Part shown: positions 58,601 through 64,000 of the stretch, in pieces
Layout of the letters: each line of letters begins with the position of its first letter
Numbering within the stretch: position 1 is the stretch's first letter
Position numbers and translations under genes: made by a program
Notes under the pieces: generated by a model
What the model saw: the letters and a program-made list of their open reading frames with translations, nothing else
Told to the model about the DNA's origin: nothing
The model's database searches: none
Assembly (NCBI RefSeq): GCF_009914755.1
Contig: NC_060939.1
DNA from: the human T2T-CHM13v2.0 reference genome, Homo sapiens
Strand: one strand, 5' to 3'
DNA: 64,000 nucleotides

Positions 58601-61600
58601 TGCATTCCATTCCGTTCCATTTCTTTCCGTTCTGTACGATTCCTACCGTTCGATTTCATTTTGTTCCAGTCCATTCCTTTCGCGTCCATTCCATTCCATT
58701 TCACTCCATTCGATTCCATTACACTCGATTCCACTTCGTTCCATTTCATTGCATTCCATTCTATTCAACTCTATTGCCTTCCATTCCATTCCATTCGATT
58801 ACATTCCATGCGATTCCATTCGAAATCGAATCAATTACATTGCAATCCATAACTATTGAGTCCATTTTATTCCAGTCCACTGCATTCTGGTCCATTCCAT
58901 TTGATTCCATTCCATTCTATTCCATTCCATACAGTTGCATTCCATTGGATTCCATGCTATATCTATAAATTCAATTCGAGACCATTGCTTTTGAGTCCAT
59001 TCTATATGATTCCATTCCATTCAAGTCCATTACATTTGGTTCAATTCCATTCCATTCCATTCCCTTCCATTCCATTCCAGTTGATATCAATCCATTCGAT
59101 TCCATTCCATTCGAGCACATTCCATTCGAGTCCATTCCATTCGATGCCATTCCATTTGGTTCTATTCCATTAGTCTCCATTCAATTCCATTAATCTCCAT
59201 TCCATTCCATTCTACTCTAACTGATTCCATTCCATTCTATTCCTTTCCATTCCATTTCATTCCATTCCATTCCATTTCATTCCATTCCATTCCATTCCAT
59301 TCCATTCGCTTCCATTCCATTCGTGTCCATTCCATTCCAGTCCATTCCATTTGTGTCCACTGCATTCCATTCCACTCCATTCCATATTATTCCATTACAC
59401 TCCATTCCATTCTATTACTTTCATTTCCATTCAATTCCATTCCATTTGATTCCATTCCACTCGGTTTCATTCCATTTGAGTCCACTCCATTCCATTCCAT
59501 TCCATTCCATTCAGTTCCATTCCATTCTGTTCCATTCCATTCCGTTCCATTGCATTCCATTCCATTCGGTACCATTCCATATTGTTCCATTCGATTCCAT
59601 TCGAATCCATTCCATTCCAGTCCATTCCATTCGATTCCATTCCATTCCTTTCAATTGATTCCATTCCATTCCATTCCACTTGATTCCACTCCATTCCCTT
59701 CCACTGCATTCCATTCGATTCCATTCCATTGCATTGCATTCCATTCCATTGGACTGCATTCCATTCGATTCCATTCCATTCGAATCAATTACATAGCAAT
59801 CCATTACATTCGAGTCTATTCTATTCCGTTCAATTCGATTTCGTTCCACTCCATTCGATTCCATTCCATTCGATTCCATTCCATACTATTGCATTCCATT
59901 CGATTACATTATATTCGAATAAGTTCCATTGAAGACCATTTCTTTTGAGTCCATTCTATTTGAGTCCATTCCCTTTGATTCCATAACATTTGAGTCCATT
60001 CAATTCCATTCCTTTCGTTTCCATTCCATTTGATGCCATTCCATTCAATTCTGTTCTACTCGACTCCAATACATTCAATTCCATTCCATCCGATTCCATT
60101 ACATTCTTTTCATTTCTTATCCATTTCAAGCCATTCCACTCCATTCCATTCCACTCGTTTCCTTTCCATTCGAGTCCATTCCTCTCCAGTCCATTCCGTT
60201 CAATCCATTCCATTCCAGTCCATTCCATTCGAGTCCGTTCCATTCCAGTCCATTCCATTCGAGTCAATTCCATTCCATTCGATGTCTTTCCATAACGATC
60301 CATTCCATTCTATTCCTTTCGATTCCATTCCATTCTATTTCATTCCATTCGATTCCCTTCCATTGGACTCCTTTCCATTCGAGTGCATTCCATTCCGTTC
60401 CATTTCTTTCCGTTCTGTACGATTCCTACCGTTCGATTTCATTTTGTTCCAGTCCATTCCTTTCGCGTCCATTCCATTCCATTTCACTCCATTCGATTCC
60501 ATTCCACTCGATTCCACTTCGTTCCATTTCATTGCATTCCATTCTATTCAACTCTATTGCCTTCCATTCCATTCCATTCGATTACATTCCATGCGATTCC
60601 ATTCGAAATCGAATCAATTACATTGCAATCCATTACTATTGAGTCCGTTTTATTCCAGTCCACTGCATTCTGTTCCATTCCATTTGATTCCATTCCATTC
60701 TATTCCATTCCATACAGTTGCATTCCATTGGATTCCATGCTATATCTATAAATTCAATTCGAGACCATTGCTTTTGAGTCCATTCTATATGATTCCATTC
60801 CATTCAAGTCCATTACATTTGGTTCAATTCCATTCCATTCCATTCCTTTCCATTCCATTCCATTTGATATCAATCCATTCGATTCCATTACATTCGAGCA
60901 CATTCCATTCGAGTCCATTCCATTCGATGCCATTCCATTTGATTCTATTCCATTAGTGTCCATTCAATTCCATTAATCTCCATTCCATTCCATTCTACTC
61001 CAACTGATTCCATTCCATTCTATTCCTGTCCATTCCATTTCATTCCATTCCATTCCATTCCATTCCATTCGTGTCCATTCCACTCCAGTCCATTCCATTC
61101 GTGTGCATTCCATTCCAGTCCATTCCATTTTTGTCCACTGCATTCCATTCCACTCCATTCCATATTATTCCATTACACTCCATTCCATTCTATTACTTTC
61201 ATTTCCATTCAATTCCATTCCATTTGATTCCATTCCACTCGGTTTCATTCCATTTGAGTCCACTCCATTCCATTCCATTCCATTCCATTCAGTTCCATTC
61301 CATTCTGTTCCATTCCATTCCGTTCCATTACATTCCATTCCATTCGGTACCATTCCATATTGTTCCATTCGATTCCATTCGAATCCATTCCATTCCAGTC
61401 CATTCCATTCGATTCCATTCCATTCATTTCAATTCCATTCCATTCCATTCCATTACATTCCACTTGATTCCTCTCCATTCCCTTCCACTGCATTCCGTTC
61501 GATTCCATTCCATTGCATTGCATTCCATTCCATTGGATTGCATTCCATTCGATTCCATTCCATTCGAATCAATTACATAGCAATCCATTACATTCGAGTC

Positions 61601-64000
61601 TATTCTCTTCCGTTCCATTCGATTTCGTTCCAATCCATTCGATTCCATTCCATTCGATTCCATTCCACACTATTGCATTCCATTCGATTACATTATATTC
61701 GAATAAGTTCCATTCAAGACCATTTCTTTTGAGTCCATTCTATTTGAGTCCATTCCCTTTGATTCCATAACATTTGAGTCCATTCAATTCCATTCCTTTC
61801 GTTTCCATTCCATTTGATGCCATTCCATTCAATTCTGTTCTACTCGACTCCAATACATTCAATTCCATTCCATCCGATTCCATTACATTCTTTTCATTTC
61901 TTATCCATTTCAAGCCATTCCACTCCATTCCATTCCACTCGTTTCCTTTCCATTCGAGTCCATTCCTCTCCAGTCCATTCCGTTCAATCCATTCCATTCC
62001 AGTCCATTCCATTCGAGTCCGTTCCATTCCAGTCCATTCCATTCGAGTCAATTCCATTCCATTCGATGTCTTTCCATAACGATCCATTCCATTCTATTCC
62101 TTTCGATTCCATTCCATTCTATTTCATTCCATTCGATTCCCTTCCATTGGACTCCTTTCCATTCGAGTGCATTCCATTCCATTCCATTACTTTCCGTTCT
62201 GTACGATTCCTACCGTTCGATTTCATTTTGTTCCAGTCCATTCTTTCGCGTCCATTCCATTCCATTTCACTCCATTGGATTCCATTCCACTCGATTCCAC
62301 TTCGTTCCATTTCATTGCATTCCATTCTATTCAACTCTATTGCCTTCCATTCCATTCCATTCGATTACATTCCATGCGATTCCATTCGAAATCGAATCAA
62401 TTACATTGCAATCCATTACTATTGAGTCCGTTTTATTCCAGTCCACTGCATTCTGGTCCATTCCATTTGATTCCATTCCATTCTATTCCATTCCATACAG
62501 TTGCATTCCATTGGATTCCATGCTATATCTATAAATTCAATTCGAGACCATTGCTTTTGAGTCCATTCTATATGATTCCATTCCATTCAAGTCCATTACA
62601 TTTGGTTCAATTCCATTCCATTCGGTTCAATTCCATTCCATTCCATTCCCTTCCATTCCATTCCAGTTGATATCAATCCATTCGATTCCATTCCATTCGA
62701 GCACATTCCATTCGAGTCCATTCCATTCGATGCCATTCCATTTGATTCTATTCCATTAGTCTCCATTCACTTCCATTAATCTCCATTCCATTCCATTCTA
62801 CTCCAACTGATTCCATTCCATTCTATTCCTTTCCATTCCATTTCATTCCATTCCATTCCATTTCATTCCATTCCATTCCATTCCATTCCATTCCATTTGC
62901 TTCCATTCCATTCGTGTCCATTGCATTCCAGTCCATTCCATTTGTGTCCACTGCATTCCATTCCACTCCATTCCATATTATTCCATTACACTCCATTCCA
63001 TTCTATTACTTTCATTTCCATTCAATTCCATTCCATTTGATTCCATTCCACTCGGTTTCATTCCATTTGAGTCCACTCCATTCCATTCCATTCAGTTCCA
63101 TTCCATTCTGTTCCATTCCATTCCGTTCCATTGCATTCCATTCCATTCGGTACCATTCCATATTGTTCCATTCGATTCCATTCGAATCCATTCCATTCCA
63201 GTCCATTCCATTCGATTCCATTCCATTCCTTTCAATTCCATTCCATTCCATTCCATTCCACTTGATTCCACTCCATTCCCTTCCACTGCATTCCATTGCA
63301 TTGCATTCCATTCCATTGGACTGCATTCCATTCGATTCCATTCCATTCGAATCAATTACATAGCAATCCATTACATTCGAGTCTATTCTATTCCGTTCCA
63401 TTCGATTTCGTTCCAATCCATTCGATTCCATTCCATTCGATTCCATTCCATACTATTGCATTCCATTCTATTACATTATATTCGAATAAGTTCCATTCAA
63501 GACCATTTCTTTTGAGTCCATTCTATTTGAGTCCATTCCCTTTGATTCCATAACATTTGAGTCCATTCAATTCCATTCCTTTCGTTTCCATTCCATTTGA
63601 TGCCATTCCATTCAATTCTGTTCTACTCGACTCCAATACATTCAATTCCATTCCATCCGATTCCATTACATTCTTTTCATTTCTTATCCATTTCAAGCCA
63701 TTCCACTCCATTCCACTCCACTCGTTTCCTTTCCATTCGAGTCCATTCCTCTCCAGTCCATTCCGTTCAATCCATTCCATTCCAGTCCATTCCATTCGAG
63801 TCCGTTCCATTCCAGTCCATTCCATTCGAGTCAATTCCATTCCATTCGATGTCTTTCCATAACGATCCATTCCATTCTATTCCTTTCGATTCCATTCCAT
63901 TCTATTTCATTCCATTCGATTCCCTTCCATTGGACTCCTTTCCATTCGAGTGCATTCCATTCCGTTCCATTTCTTCCCGTTCTGTACGATTCCTACCGTT

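Larger units (their letters stand above)
1..64000 (+). repeat. Human Satellite 3 (Satellite III) array, diverged (CATTC)n, C/T-rich strand on +
   Basis: Every line consists of CATTC pentamers and variants (CATTC, CGATT, CAGTC, TGAGT). The + strand is G-poor throughout. The tighter CATTCGATTC-dominated ~23-26 bp pattern typical of HSat2 is absent. No unique sequence is present. Confidence 0.97.
1..64000 (+). repeat. ~1.79 kb higher-order tandem repeat, ~35.7 copies; probably the D15Z1 / HSat3A5 1.8 kb KpnI family (chr15p)
   Basis: The landmark CCATAACGATCCAT ends at 1084, 2888, 4672, 6481, 8295, 10084 ... 60303, 62087, 63870 (36 copies, mean spacing ~1794 bp). GGTACC occurs once per unit (first at 363). 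The periodicity is directly visible. The D15Z1 name rests on the known 1.8 kb KpnI Satellite III repeat and was not checked by alignment. Confidence 0.7.

Noticed and set aside
1-64000. CRISPR-like or repeat-spacer information array
   Set aside because: There are no unique spacers: sequence between landmarks is nearly identical from unit to unit. No cas or other genes are present.
1-64000. Embedded transposon, inversion or non-satellite island
   Set aside because: I saw no poly(A) tail, Alu/L1 sequence, GGAAT-oriented segment or landmark spacing outside 1768-1814 bp.
1-64000. Assignment to DYZ1 (3.6 kb HSat3, Yq), HSat2 (1.77 kb, chr1) or alpha satellite
   Set aside because: The basic period is 1.79 kb with highly similar neighbours, and the 3.6 kb pattern is only local. 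The sequence is CATTC-dominated rather than HSat2-like. There is no 171 bp monomer.

Overview
The whole 64 kb window is one uninterrupted, single-orientation block of classical human-type Satellite 3 (HSat3): diverged (CATTC)n/(GGAAT)n pentamers organised into a ~1.79 kb higher-order unit repeated about 35.7 times. Landmark spacings run from 1768 to 1814 bp (mean ~1794). Each unit normally has one KpnI and one EcoRV site, which fits the 1.8 kb KpnI Satellite III repeat D15Z1 (HSat3A5) of chromosome 15p; that assignment comes from recall, not an alignment. I see no protein-coding genes, RNA genes, transposons, inversions or CRISPR array, and all listed ORFs are artefacts of the pentamer. The real structure is evolutionary: the unit looks like an ancient dimer of ~0.83 + ~0.97 kb halves; pentamer phase slips recur at fixed sites; recent 1-, 2-, 3- and 5-unit block duplications are nested along the array; and variants form mosaics and a left-to-right gradient. 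I found no evidence for a previously undescribed biological system.
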